The position numbers and the translations under genes are program-made. A DNA stretch of 64,000 nucleotides from Pseudogymnoascus verrucosus (taxonomy: Eukaryota), in the NCBI GenBank assembly GCA_001662655.1, contig KV460254.1; one strand, 5' to 3'. Each line of letters starts with the position of its first letter. The first letter of the stretch is position 1. Below, piece after piece: positions 25,294 to 37,168 of the stretch. The notes under the pieces are model-generated. The model saw only the letters and a program-made list of their open reading frames with translations. It was not told where the DNA came from and made no database searches.

Positions 25294-26151
25294 ATGGCGC
25301 AAAAGGCGATCACTGGCGCCCAGGTTCTGCCCCGTTTCCTACTGCCGCAGCTCAGCTGGCAGGGGAGGGCAACCACTGTACAGCTTCCAGGTCGAGGCAC
25401 GTCACTCTTTGCGGCATATTCAACAGATTCATACGGCCAGAACCGCCATAACACGCCCATAACTACGCGAAGGTCTATGTTCCAAACGAAAGATGGTGCA
25501 GCTATTACTCAGAAATTGCCAATGCGCAGGGATTTCAGCTCGTCACCAATGCGACAGAGAGAATACCACTTTGACACCCTCAAGTTCGTCAAGCGTTTGA
25601 AGGATGAGGGGTTTACTGAGACGCAATCTGTTGCTATGATGAAGGTTCTGAGTGATGTTATAGAAGAAAGGTAGAACCATTTGCTTGGATGAGTGCAATG
25701 CATTACGCTGACCTATGTCAGCATCCAAAATCTCACACGAACCATGGTCATCCGCGAAGACCAAGCGAAAGCAACCTACACCCAGAAAGTCGACTTTGCA
25801 AAGCTACGGTCAGAGTTGTTGTCTGCGGATTCGTCAGAGGAGTCGGCTACGAAGGCAGCGCATGAGCGCCTGACGAATGATCTGGCAAAGTTCAACAACA
25901 AATTGCGAGACGAGATAAGCAGGACGCAGGCGTCGGTTCGGCTGGATCTGAACTTGGAGAAGGGCAGGATAAGGGAGGAATCAAATGCCCAGGGACTCAA
26001 GATTAAGGAGACGGAGACAAAGATTGAGCAAGAAGTTGCTGGACTGAGAGAGAAGCTTGAGGGCGTCAAGTTCCAGACCCTGCAATGGTTGATGGGAGTG
26101 GTTACCGGTTTCTCTGCTCTGGTTCTTGGTGTGTGGAGATTGTTGATGTAA
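25294..26151 (+). CDS. Mitochondrial DUF1640 (CCDC90/MCUR1-like) coiled-coil protein
   Basis: Arg-rich presequence, YHFDTLKFVKRL, QKVDFAKLRSEL, VRLDLNLEKGRIREE, C-terminal TM QWLMGVVTGFSALVLGVWRLLM. Intron 25671-25721. Confidence 0.88.
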
Positions 26152-26210
26152 GACCAAGGTTTATAGTCGAAATATACCCAAATATCAAATACTGCCTTTG
26201 CGTGACCATG

Positions 26211-26363
26211 CAAAGTTGAGAGACTGGGCAGTGGCTTGGTAGCTGAGCGACTAGGCGGTAACTTGGTAGCTGAGAGACTGTGCAGGGGTTTTCGTAGCTG
26301 AGAGACTGAGAAGTGGCTTTGGTAGCTGAGCGACTGGACAATAATTTTAGTAGTTGAGAGACT
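26211..26363. repeat. 27-28-bp periodic array, 6 copies of core GTAGCTGAG(A/C)GACT
   Basis: Units start at 26211, 26238, 26265, 26293, 26321 and 26349. Confidence 0.9.
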
Positions 26364-26504
26364 GCCAAAACCTTCTTTGACAAATGTACGATCCTTGCAC
26401 GTGGGAACACTGATCAAGCAAATCTGGAAATAATCGGTTCATTGAAAAAGAGTATGATAAACGACCCATACCAACGCCAACACGCCCCCAGCAACGCAGC
26501 CCAT

Positions 26505-27407
26505 CTAGAATGTAATATGTCTCTTTCTCCCCGTATACTTGCTGGATGTCTTGACGACCTTGCCCTTCCGCTCCATCTGCTCCTTTTTATTGAGAATCCA
26601 CGCTTTTGAGCCCTTCTTAACGTCTTTCCTCTTTTGTGCCTGGTGCTGCCTGCGAGCATCCACAACATCAACGCCTTCCATTCCCTTAACCACACCGGTA
26701 ATATCGCCGCCAGCACCCTCTGTCGCAGCACCACCAACGGTAAGGACAAGATATAACTTGGCATTCTTGGTTCCGGGGTCATCTTCAAGGATACCCGCAC
26801 CAAAACCAGCCTTAATGGCAGCTCCACTGATCATGGTGCGCTGCTGATCGTTCTTGGGGTAAAACTGGCACACCGCTCTCCCTCCTCGTTTTAAGCTAGC
26901 ATATAACCCGTTGAAAAACCTCGATAGTCGGCCGGTAGGTGAAACATCGCTGCTCTCGGCGTTACAGAGCCACTGGATTGCGGAAATCGATATCGCGGCA
27001 TCGAACGTTCCGGCGCGGAATGGGACGCCCTGCCCAATATCCGCCAGCATCAGGTCGCCCTCGACATCGCGCTGGAGGGCGACATCCAGCATAGAAGCCG
27101 AGATGTCCATTCCAACCCAGATGTGTTGTCCGCCGTACTCTTCCTCCACTGAGCTGACAATCTCGCCGGAGAGTCCAGAGCCGCAGCCGATATCGAGGAT
27201 CATGGCGGGGGTGTCAAGGTCGAGGAGTTCCAGGGCGCGGTTGGTCATGGAGGCCTGGATGTTTTGGATACGGGAGGAGGTTGTGTATTTGCGTGCCTCC
27301 ACATCGTTGTAGTGGAGGTCAGGAGGGCTGGGGGAGTTTGGTCAGTCAAAAGTCGGAGGGGAAGTGGCGGGGTCGGCGTCTTACAGGATATCTTCTGGGC
27401 GAGACAT
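26505..27407 (-). CDS. BUD23: 18S rRNA guanine-N7 methyltransferase
   Basis: MSRPEDIL|PPDLHYNDVEARKYTTSSRI, ILDIGCGSGLSG, ISISAIQWLCNA, C-terminal SKYTGRKR. Confidence 0.96.
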
Positions 27408-27711
27408 GGTGGCGGACAGAACTCTGCCACGGCAGGAATGCGTTTATGATCTACCGCATACGATACCCGTCAGGCTGCAGGGAATTTTTTTTTGTCGTCG
27501 TCTGTTCTGAATCCGTAGTCCCAAAATTTGAAAGTAGCGCCTACCGATAGGGCGTCATAAATCTCGAAATAAATATATTTTAGACTTATCAGTGCGCCAA
27601 CGGCGATTGCCGAAATCTGGGGTAAACGACACGACGACATCTTTAGATAACCAGCCCCCCGACATGAAGCTTCTTTTGTAGACAAGTAGCAGTGCCGAGT
27701 TTGTTCAAGAA

Positions 27712-28476
27712 ATGGCGCACTTCTGGATTCTACCGCTTGTTGGATACTTGGGCATGGTCCTGGGCTTTGGCTTCCTTACTTTGGCCATTGGTAGGTGATC
27801 CCGTCATACGCCCCCCTCGGAACTCCGCTAATAAATTCACAGCTTCGGGACTGTACTATCTGTCTGAGCTCGTCGAAGAACACACAGTCATAGCAAAGCG
27901 ACTATTGACGCGCATGATATACGCCGTTATCGCCATTCAAACCCTCCTCGTCCTCGTCGATGGCTTCCCGAAGTTCCTCTCCCTCATTGGCATCGTGTCG
28001 CACGTCGTCTATCTGGGGAATATGCGACGCTTCCCAATCGTGAAGCTGTCCGATCCATTGTTTCTCTCATCTTGTGGTATGTTATCAGCGAATATATGAT
28101 GGAACGGGCCTAATCATTCGTAGTTCTTGTCCTCATCAACCACTATTACTGCTTCGCCCACTTTTCCAGCCTCCCAAGAGCTCCCACGCACTCCATTTAC
28201 GATGCGCCCACGGTACCCACCTTCACAGAGATTGCATCATACTTCGGAATATGCGTGTGGCTCGTTCCATTCGCCTTGTTCGTAAGCTTATCGGCGAGCG
28301 ACAATGTGCTTCCAACGATGGGAAGCGAGGCGCCCAGCGGGAGTGCGGGACCTGGTGACCGCCAAAAGAGACAGGGGCTGGTGAAGGTTGTGGTCGATGG
28401 ATTCATCGAGTGGGTGGGAAATGCAGGAAATGTCTTGGGCTGGTGGAAAACAGACCGACGATCGAGTATTTTATGA
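27712..28476 (+). CDS. SVP26: Svp26/TEX261 ER-Golgi membrane adaptor
   Basis: GFGFLTLAI|ASGLYYLSELVEEHT...PTFTEIASYFGICVWLVPFALFVSLSASDNVLP. Two introns. Confidence 0.9.
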
Positions 28477-28782
28477 GCTAGGAAGCTGCGTGTATGATAA
28501 TGATGTTCTGTAATTGCTGGGGAGCTATGCATATAAGGGAGTTTGAACAGTGGCAAGAGATTAACGATTAAATTAGATGTCTGTACTTTAAGAGCTGAAA
28601 TGAAATCAATCGATAGGAGCCGTTTGATCTGACGTGATAGCCAAAAAAAATTAATTCACTGGAGCGGCATAACAAGAATCGCAGTAAATTTGTAATATAC
28701 AAAAGCTAGTACAAATGCTCCTGGGTATGACAATGCTGTATATCAGAAAACAAAACTTCTCTTGCGACACCTCCATTCATCC

Positions 28783-29718
28783 TCATGGACTCAAACTCTT
28801 CGTCTTGTAGAACTCTTTCCGCCTCCCATCCTCTTCAACGAGCACTCTCTCACGGTCCTCCAGTCTACCCGCCGACATCCTCGGATTAGCACCATACGTA
28901 ATACTCCGTGCGCGTGGCCTTACGTCTTCAACCATCATCGTATCCCTCGAAGCCTCCAGCCCACGCTGCACCTTGTCAACTTCCATCGGCGACAGCGGCG
29001 TGGTGAGATGGACCTTGCTCCTCCTCTCCCGACTCGGCTCTCTGCTCGGATCCCTCGACTCCCTCCCCACACTAACATGTCTTACCGCATAGCTATCCGC
29101 CCTCCCCCTTGTCTCAACAGCAGGGCTGCGACTGCGCTCGCGCACGGGCGGATTGACGATGAAAATCTCCCCGCTATTATTCCGACTGTGTCGCCGACCA
29201 TCCTGTCGCGAGCGCTGGCTCCTCTGGCTCCTCAGGCTCCCCTGCCGCACGCTCTGTCGGCTCGTCACGCTCGTGCGACTGTTGCGCGGGCTGCCTTCAT
29301 ACATCACGACGTGTGTATGGCTTGTGCGCGGGCTGTTCCTCGGGCTGCGATTGGGCGTCGGCGCCTGCACTATCATTGGGAAGTTTCCCGGGTCCGGGTT
29401 GGGCCCCGGGTAGCCCTCGACATATTCTACAGGGCGTGGCGCACGCTCGACTGGCGCACGCTGCTCGACTGAGGTGATGCGGGTGATTGACTGGCGCGAA
29501 GTGGTGGTTGGCCGGATGACGACCTGAGAGGTGCGCCGCGAATGGGAGACAGATTCGCGACGACGAACGTATATCCGGGGTGGCTCAACGGGGTCGTCCT
29601 CCTTGGAAACTAGAATTGAGGATGTTAGCTGGCGCTGCTTGGCTGGGTGTCTCTGGTGGATCGGAGCGGGGAGTGGAGTGGCTGCGGGGTTGAGGTACGA
29701 ACCTCTGACGAGACACAT
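28783..29718 (-). CDS. Hypothetical Ser/Arg-rich protein
   Basis: Long ORF with probable start MCLVR and a 93-nt intron 29610-29702 (GTTCGT...GCTAAC...TAG), giving MCLVRVSKEDDPVEPPR. Ends ...VLVEEDGRRKEFYKTKSLSP*. Confidence 0.7.
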   Translation of the reverse strand: MCLVRGSYLNPAATPLPAPIHQRHPAKQRQLTSSILVSKEDDPVEPPRIYVRRRESVSHSRRTSQVVIRPTTTSRQSITRITSVEQRAPVERAPRPVEYVEGYPGPNPDPGNFPMIVQAPTPNRSPRNSPRTSHTHVVMYEGSPRNSRTSVTSRQSVRQGSLRSQRSQRSRQDGRRHSRNNSGEIFIVNPPVRERSRSPAVETRGRADSYAVRHVSVGRESRDPSREPSRERRSKVHLTTPLSPMEVDKVQRGLEASRDTMMVEDVRPRARSITYGANPRMSAGRLEDRERVLVEEDGRRKEFYKTKSLSP

Positions 29719-31271
29719 TGCTGGCAGCCTCTCGGGCACTGGACGTCTCAGAGGCGCTTTTGGGGTATGCGCTAGAAGGTTGACAAAGAATGTAGTGAAG
29801 CCTTGTCTGAGCGCAATGCGCAACTGGAGATCTTGGCGATAAATAAGACTGCGGGATTGCGCAAAGTAGTCTGTAATGCGCTTGGTAATATGTAAGACTT
29901 CTCAGATGTCTCGGTAGGGGAATGGGGTAGGTATATATATATTCCCCGGCCACGCGTGCGCAGGACTGAGAAGGGAAGAGCTGATGGTCCTCTCACCTGA
30001 TAGTGTCCGCTTCCTCCGATGTCTATAAACAGCTCGATCACGACGACAAAAGCAGGGCCCTCCAATTATAGAACGTGGCTCGTGAGGCCGTCGTCCGTGT
30101 GGCTAGTGGGATATTAGTGTGGCTGGTGACACTAAAATGCGGGACAGGGTCGAGCCGGTGTGGTCCAGCCAAATTTAGGGGAGCCAAGGGAAGGTTAAGA
30201 CCGAGAATAGATTATATCACGTGACCATATGATTAAAAAGGATGCTTCTTTATGAGGTGTGCTAAGGTGTGCTGGGTGTGCTGGGTGCGCTGACCGGCGC
30301 CTGGGTTTGTCTAGGTGTGCTTGGCCCGCGTTTGACCCTAGGAGCGTTTGTAGACACTTAGAACACCCTACGATAGGCGGCGCTCTTTGGCGCTGACCGG
30401 CGCTCAAGTGTGTTCGCATGTGGTTGGGTTACTCTCGACTCTGGGAGTTTTCATAGACACTGTGGTGGGCAGCGCTCGGCGGCGATCACGCTTGCCTCTT
30501 GGGACGTTCATAGACATCTTAAACTCCATATGGTATCTGGCCCTTGGCGCAGGCCGCCACGCTAGTGCGCAGACCGCGCGCCTTATTTCGCGGGCTGGAA
30601 CGTCTCGTTAAAAGTAGGTCTAACGCCGCATTTAGTGATTTGCCGCGCAGGGGCGCTTGGGTCTGGGGATGTTTGTGGACATTTGGAGCATTCAATGTTA
30701 GCTGGCTCTCACGGGCGTTCGGGGGGCTTGGGTTGCACCTGACTTACAAGATGTTTGTAGACACTCAGGGGCAGCCCACGCTCAATCGCTACCAAGCGCC
30801 GGTCAGTGTGTTGAGTATGCTGGGTGGGCGGACGCTGGCATTAAATAATAATATCAAATAAAGAACAGTTATAAAGCTTCTACTATCATATTCTCATATA
30901 CGTTTTATTACGTGCTTACTAAGCTAACTTTGATTTAAAAGCATATTCCCGCCTCTTCCCTTCTTTCTCGCCTCTAACCTTCCTTGTTTTATGGCCTTCA
31001 AGGCACTTCACATATTGTTACACCCGACAATATCAAACTCTCTTTCGTCGTGGTGGAGACAACCTTCACGTGGAGCTCACCTCTGACGTGTGGCTGTGCG
31101 GTGCGGAATTCTTTACAGGGTCCGTGCCGAACCGCGTAGCTTTAGTCGCGTCTCCCATACCTCCACTCCAATTCACAACTATTCACATTTCCCACATCGG
31201 AGTGGTTTCCAGCTGGCTGATACCTGCGGCTAAGTCTGCCTGGGTATGGGCCAACAGGTAGATCCGCGCCA

Positions 31272-32888
31272 ATGACCACAGCCTCCTTCTGGATTGAAAT
31301 AATCCCCAAACCCATCTATGTCGGCGGCACCGGCCCTCCAATGGCGCCCATCACCCTGCTGCCGGAGCACGACGAGGAGAGCTGGGTCATCGCAGAGGTG
31401 ATTGAGTATAAGAAGGTCCCTCACTATGTCGTTCATCCCAAGGATAAACCGGTGGTGCGCAAGATCATCACGAAGAATGTGGCGCTCGACTGGGTGTCGC
31501 CGTTGGTTTACGAGATGTTTGAGATGGAGGAGGGGTTGAGACGGGATGCAAGGGAGGAGGAATTGAGGCTGGAGAAGGAGCGGAGTAAACTCACCAAGAA
31601 GGGGAAGAAGAGAGGCCGCCCCTTCAGAAACCGTCAAATGGAAGCATCGGCGCTTGTCGAATCAATCGAGACGGAAACAGACGACAACGCACAACCGTCC
31701 GATCTACAACCCTCCCTCTCACAACCAAACCTCAGAATGGACTCACCCTTCGACACCGAAGCCACCGAAGACGAGACCATATCAAGAACCATGGAACCCC
31801 CCCCCAGAAAACGCTCCCGCACATCAACGAGCGAGGTCAGACTCTCCAGTAAGCCTCCAAGAAACCCCGAAGAACCCCTCTCAAGCCCTCAGACGGTGCA
31901 GAAGAAGAATCTCGCGCCCACCTCAAAGTCACACCGAGAGTCGAAATCTACGGCTGACGAGCCCTCAACGCCACGCCACTCGCCCTCGCCTTTCGGGGTG
32001 CGAACCTCGGAGACGCGAGCGCTGAGAGATCGGTCTGCGCAGCCGTTTTATGGACGGCAGAGGTCACAGACTGTGCATCCTCCTCAGAGCGCGTCGCCAG
32101 CGAAGTCACCGAGATCTACAACTGCGCCGAGACAACCTACACGATCTAGCTCGCGCTCCAGAAACGCGACACCAAGCTACGGAGGGATACAAAAAGGCTG
32201 GACATCCGCCCCGCCCAAACCAAGCACCTCAACCGCCCCAAAACGATCCAAATCCAAATCCACCACCTCTACACCCTCCAAACCCCCTCCCGCACCACCT
32301 CCCGCCTCCTCCTCCGCCAACAAGAACGACACCGACATAACAGACGGCAAACAATGGAAAGTCCTCCGCCTCCTCGACGATAAATGGGAAATGAAAACGC
32401 AGCGCAGATGCCACTACTACCTCACCCAGTGGGCGGGCGACTATGAACCCACATGGGAGCGGTCTACGAATATAACTAGTGATCTGAAAATCGAGTATGA
32501 GAACTGGATGAAGACGCCAGAGGGGAAAGCGCATAAGGCGAACAGGAAGTCTGTTGAGAAGAGCGTTAAGTCTTCGATTGAAAGGGACGTCGTGGATGCT
32601 GTGATGGCGCCGCGAAAAAAGTATGAGAGACCGCGATCGAGAAGGAGCTCCTCCTCGGATGACCACGCGCAGGTTTCTAAACAACTAGGCGCTCACACCG
32701 CCCAAGATGATAATACCAGCTCCACTGACTCCCCTGACCCCCTCGTCGCCGACCCAGCTACTACGGCAGTGAAGCGCGAGCAATCCTCAGAAAGCGTGGA
32801 CCAATTACAACTCGCGAGGAGCCCGTTCTTTTCCTCGTCCTCCCAGGTCGCTGCTGAGGCGGCTGAATCGGATGAGGAGGAGGAGTGA
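31272..32888 (+). CDS. Chromodomain-containing protein with an AT-hook-like motif
   Basis: 538-aa ORF. KKRGRP. Chromo-like QWKVLRLLDDK...YYLTQWAGDYEPTWERSTNI. Long S/P/T-rich linker and acidic tail. Confidence 0.78.
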   Translation: MTTASFWIEIIPKPIYVGGTGPPMAPITLLPEHDEESWVIAEVIEYKKVPHYVVHPKDKPVVRKIITKNVALDWVSPLVYEMFEMEEGLRRDAREEELRLEKERSKLTKKGKKRGRPFRNRQMEASALVESIETETDDNAQPSDLQPSLSQPNLRMDSPFDTEATEDETISRTMEPPPRKRSRTSTSEVRLSSKPPRNPEEPLSSPQTVQKKNLAPTSKSHRESKSTADEPSTPRHSPSPFGVRTSETRALRDRSAQPFYGRQRSQTVHPPQSASPAKSPRSTTAPRQPTRSSSRSRNATPSYGGIQKGWTSAPPKPSTSTAPKRSKSKSTTSTPSKPPPAPPPASSSANKNDTDITDGKQWKVLRLLDDKWEMKTQRRCHYYLTQWAGDYEPTWERSTNITSDLKIEYENWMKTPEGKAHKANRKSVEKSVKSSIERDVVDAVMAPRKKYERPRSRRSSSSDDHAQVSKQLGAHTAQDDNTSSTDSPDPLVADPATTAVKREQSSESVDQLQLARSPFFSSSSQVAAEAAESDEEEE

Positions 32889-33463
32889 GATGGTGTGGCT
32901 GTGTTCACTGCGTCTGGCGGGCGCGGGGAGGTCGGGGTGTTGATGCTTTTTCTGGTTACTGGAGTTTACGTACTGGGAGGGATGGAGTTTCGGCGGGAGC
33001 TGGATGGCGTATGATACTACAGGGTTTGGTTTGGTGTTTACTCGGGTTTTAGGGTGGGTTGGGGGGGGGGGGGATATCATAGACTTCTTTTACCGGAGCT
33101 TTCCACATATGCATGAATGGTATGGGCTGGGCTGGGCTGTATTTGGAAGTCGGCGGGGCGGTGGGGGGATATTTTGAGATGAGGCAGCATATGCCCGAGG
33201 CTTATTTCTACTATTACGAACGACGAAAAGCATGGATGTGGCTCTGGGGGGATTTACATGAGATACCAGGGCGTCGCATCTACATAGCCGTGCGTCACGA
33301 CTTAACAGGCACAACAATTCTGGGCGATAATGGGTTTTAATAAACAATAACCTTAAAACTACCCCCCTTCCCCCCACCGCCGCTGTTCGTGACATAACAA
33401 TACTCCCCCCCCCAGCCCAATTTTTATCTATCCCATCCCATCCCATCCCCCCCATCCCCCACC

Positions 33464-36400
33464 CTATCGCCTCCTAGGTTCCAAAACCCCCCACCCCTCC
33501 ATCTCCTCTCCCCCTCCCCCAAGTAAATCAACCCCAGCGGCAGGGCGAGGAGGCATCCTAGGTTTCTCATCCGCTTCACTTCCATCCATACCCCCCACCG
33601 CTACTCCCCTCCTTGGTGGTGGGGGGAGGGGCGATCTTCCCTGACTCTCTAACCCCGTCGTCCGCCGTGGTGGCGCCTCAAACTCCCTCCCCCCACCCCC
33701 CATCGACCTCGTCCTGCTCAAGGGGGGACTACTGGGACTATCTGCGTTGCTCAAAGCGAGGTGAGCCGGTTTCCTAGCTACCGGCGGTGCGGCGCGACGG
33801 GAGGATGCGCTACTACCCCTCCTCTCTCCCATCTCCTGCGCGCTACTACCTGGTCTCTGCACCTCGGGTTGCGGTCTTGCGGGCGTAGGTGGTGGTCGAG
33901 TCTCAGTTGCGGGGTATGGCGGCGGAAGGGGCTTCCTCGGGGCAGCCACCTGTGAGCGCACAGAAAGTTCTCGTGCGGGGTGACGCTCAACATGCACCCA
34001 CTCCTCCTCCTCCGTCTCTTTCCAGGGATTACTCGGTCTCCCAGGGTTAGGTAGCATACCCTGCTGTGGAGGGACCAGGGCGCTTCGAGCGGGGTGCCCA
34101 GAGTCTATCCACCATTTCTTGCGATCCGAGCTTGCGGGGGGGAGGCCTGGTTCGACGGCATCGTAGGGGGTGTCTTCGTCTGAGCTCTCTGCTTCTGTGC
34201 GCGCGCCGCCTACAGAGAGAGGGCGAGGTGTTGAGTCTGCAGCGCGACGACGGGCGAATGTCTGTCGCGATAGGGCGGCGCGGCGGGATTCGTCGATGAT
34301 GGTTACTGTGCACTCGAAAGTCGCGAAGACGGGTCTATGATCCGAGTACCTCAGGTCCGCGGAGTGATAAGCTGTTTGGCGGATATTCGAACCCTTGCGG
34401 AGAATCCTATCCGTCCAAGCCGGGATGCGGGCTTTCTCGCTAGTATCGTAGACATTAGTCCCGACGTCGAATTTGTACGTCGGCATGAAGGTGATCATGG
34501 ACTCGGAGTAGTGGGGGAAGGCGAGCCCGGCCATCATCTGGATGTTGAGCTGGTCGTTGTCGTAGAGGGAGGAGAGGTCTTGGGATTTGACGAGGGCGGT
34601 GACGCGGTCGTGGGACATGCCGATGCGGTAGTTGAAGTCGCCGAGCCAGATCACGGTGTCGTGGTCGTCGATTACGCGGTTGCGTTGGAATTTGAGACCT
34701 TGGTGGATTGTCTGGGTTTCGTTAGTTTAGGTAAAAGGTAATAGGGATGGGAAGATGCTTACGTGGAAATCCTTGTTCCTCTCATCGTAATTGGCGAATC
34801 CAGCGGCCAAATGCGCAGTGACAAAGCATATTGAGGTATTCGCATATTCCATCCGTATAGCCACAGCCCCTTTATTCCCAGCCATCCCCGACAACCCAGT
34901 CTTCTTCGTAGAACCCTCAACGTGCTTCACGAGGTGTAGCACGGAGGATTTCACGTATATGCACAGCGCGGCACCGACCAGCTGGCCACTCCTAAGGCGA
35001 ACATATCTATCCTCACTGCCAGCAGCCTCCATATGATCGTTCAGGTGCTTCTTCACAGCCGCTTCCCACCCCTTCTTCCTAGTTGGGTCGCTGTTCATGA
35101 TCTGCTGGGGGCTTAACTCGACAATTTCTTGGAACCCGACAACGACCATCTCCGGTTGATGGCCGGAGTTGCCGTCGGGGAAGAGCCAGGCGCTCAGGTC
35201 TTCGTTGATGCCGTCGCTCCGGCCGTTGACGTTGTACGTTCCGACCCATATATTGACAACTTGGGTTGAGGAATACTCTGGGAGGCGTCTGGCTAGTTCA
35301 GAGTTCACATATTCGTTGATGGGGTCATATAAGTATACTGGTCGCTGTCCTACCAGCCTTCCCAGGAGAACATCGATCGTGTTCTGGCGGCCTTTATCCG
35401 CGAAATTGTTGATATACAGACGCGTGGCACTCTTCCGAGCATCAGCAATAGCTCCAGCCAAAGACATCTTTCCATGTCTCGTAAAAGACGTCTTTAGGGC
35501 TCCTGTCCCCGCATAGATCTTCGACAAGGCATCTCCATTATCCGCCCACAGACTGGAATGACGCATCCAAAAGTCCGACGTAGCTCGTTCTCTGCGCTGG
35601 CCGAGGAAAGATTCAACCGCCATCTTGCTGATGATGGTTTGGATAAGATTCGTTCGATCGAGGCAGTCGAGGCAATTCGTGCGGAAGACACCTTCTTGTT
35701 GCAGCACTACAATCGATCGCCGTTGCGGCTTCTCTCCGCTTGGATCGGAGTCGAGAGCATCCTCGAGGTCCTCTGATAAGTAGTACGCGAAGGCATCAGC
35801 GTCTTTCTTGATTAGGTGGCTGATGATACTCGCTGCCTCAAAGCCACCTGGGCCTTTCGTTTCCGCATGAAAGTCAAACTCGGTCTCTTTGAGCAGCTGG
35901 TGATCTGCCGCCCGGTTGTTGACTGAGCAGTGCCGGACACCATATTTATATCGTTGTGTTAGGTCAGCCTCTCCCGGCTTGCTCTCGCTGAGAAGGTTTA
36001 TGACATGAACAGAGCTATACGAATTCTCTAACCCTTCAAAATGCCTGTCGAACGCTGGCTGGGTCCCTTCCTTGCTGCGGGTGAGTGTGATGTTCTGCTT
36101 TCCTGGAAGCAGACCTGGCTGTTGCTCCCAAAAGATCGGGACCGAGCCTCTAGTCTGTGCATATGAGAAGCATACCCCGGCTGGACTCCAGTATATCGTC
36201 TCTGTCTCTACGAAGTTGGCCACGTTCCCGTCGTCGTCGATGCCACGACTATTGAACCTTGTTCCAGCTCTTTTGCATGACAGCCGAGAGATCAACGTCA
36301 GCAATGAAGGAAGCCCGCTATTTGGTGTCCTGATCGGCGCTGAAGAATTTGGTAGGGTCATCGTAAGCACGAATCCTCGAATAGCAGAAGTTAGAATCCG

Positions 36401-37168
36401 TGAAGCATCCAGCTCCGCTCTCTCGTGTTCCAGCAGCTCCGAGCGGAATTTGACCAGCGGGCCAATCATGTATGAATTCCATAAGAATGATTCGTCGAGG
36501 TTGTCGATATCAAATGCTGTAGATTCGGCGGATCTGAACACAATTAGCACCCATAACCCCCAAAACTGTTACATCCGTGCATACCGGTCTTGAAGCCTAT
36601 TCGTCAGGTCAAAATCTGTACTGTAGTAAAAGCTCCCATTGCTCAGCATCTTGGTCAAATCGACGCATGGATGCTCAATAGGCGTATCCCGCTGGCTCAG
36701 GTTATGCCCGTACGAATAATCGTCTTCCTCATTCCGGTCATAGCCGTTGAGGTTCGTGCCATCGCTGACCACATCATCGTATTTCGTGCTGCTCAAGCAG
36801 TAGAACTGGACTGCATATATCCTCTCAACGGTCTCATTCGGCCTCACATTAGCCACTTTAGAGGCACCCGTAACTATGCATATAAACACATCGTTCTCAA
36901 CTGTTATAAGCCCCAGGGTCCCATAGACAGGCCGCGGACTCAATGTTCGATAATCGGCCAAGTCGACCAGGCCCAGACGTGAGAATTCCGCCATGCATCG
37001 CGGCGCGCTCTGGGTGTCGACCGATGGCCTCGAGCTGAGAGAGGTATGGCTGCCATTGTTGACGGCGTCATTTGCGCTGGTGATGTAGCGGAAGATCAGG
37101 GCGTGGGATTCGGTGACGAGAGCGATGGCCCGGTTGGGATAGTCGCGGACGAGGACACGGATGGACAT
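33464..37168 (-). CDS. Synaptojanin-like SAC1 + inositol 5-phosphatase (Inp52/Inp53 family) with Pro-rich tail
   Basis: RAGTRFNSRGIDDDGNVANFVETE, RTNCLDCLDRTN (CX5R), GNKGAV, WLGDFNYRI, PAWTDRIL, SDHRPV. Two introns. Confidence 0.94.

Noticed and set aside
26211..26363. CRISPR array interpretation
   Set aside because: Core is only about 15 bp, linkers are 12-13 nt and related to one another, there are no cas genes, and the context is eukaryotic.
25776..26417. 213-aa minus-strand ORF with SLSATK repeats
   Set aside because: Repeats are just the translated DNA array, and the rest is antisense to DUF1640.
32340..32520. Chromodomain as a retrotransposon (chromovirus) remnant
   Set aside because: No integrase, RT or LTRs nearby, and the ORF is intact.
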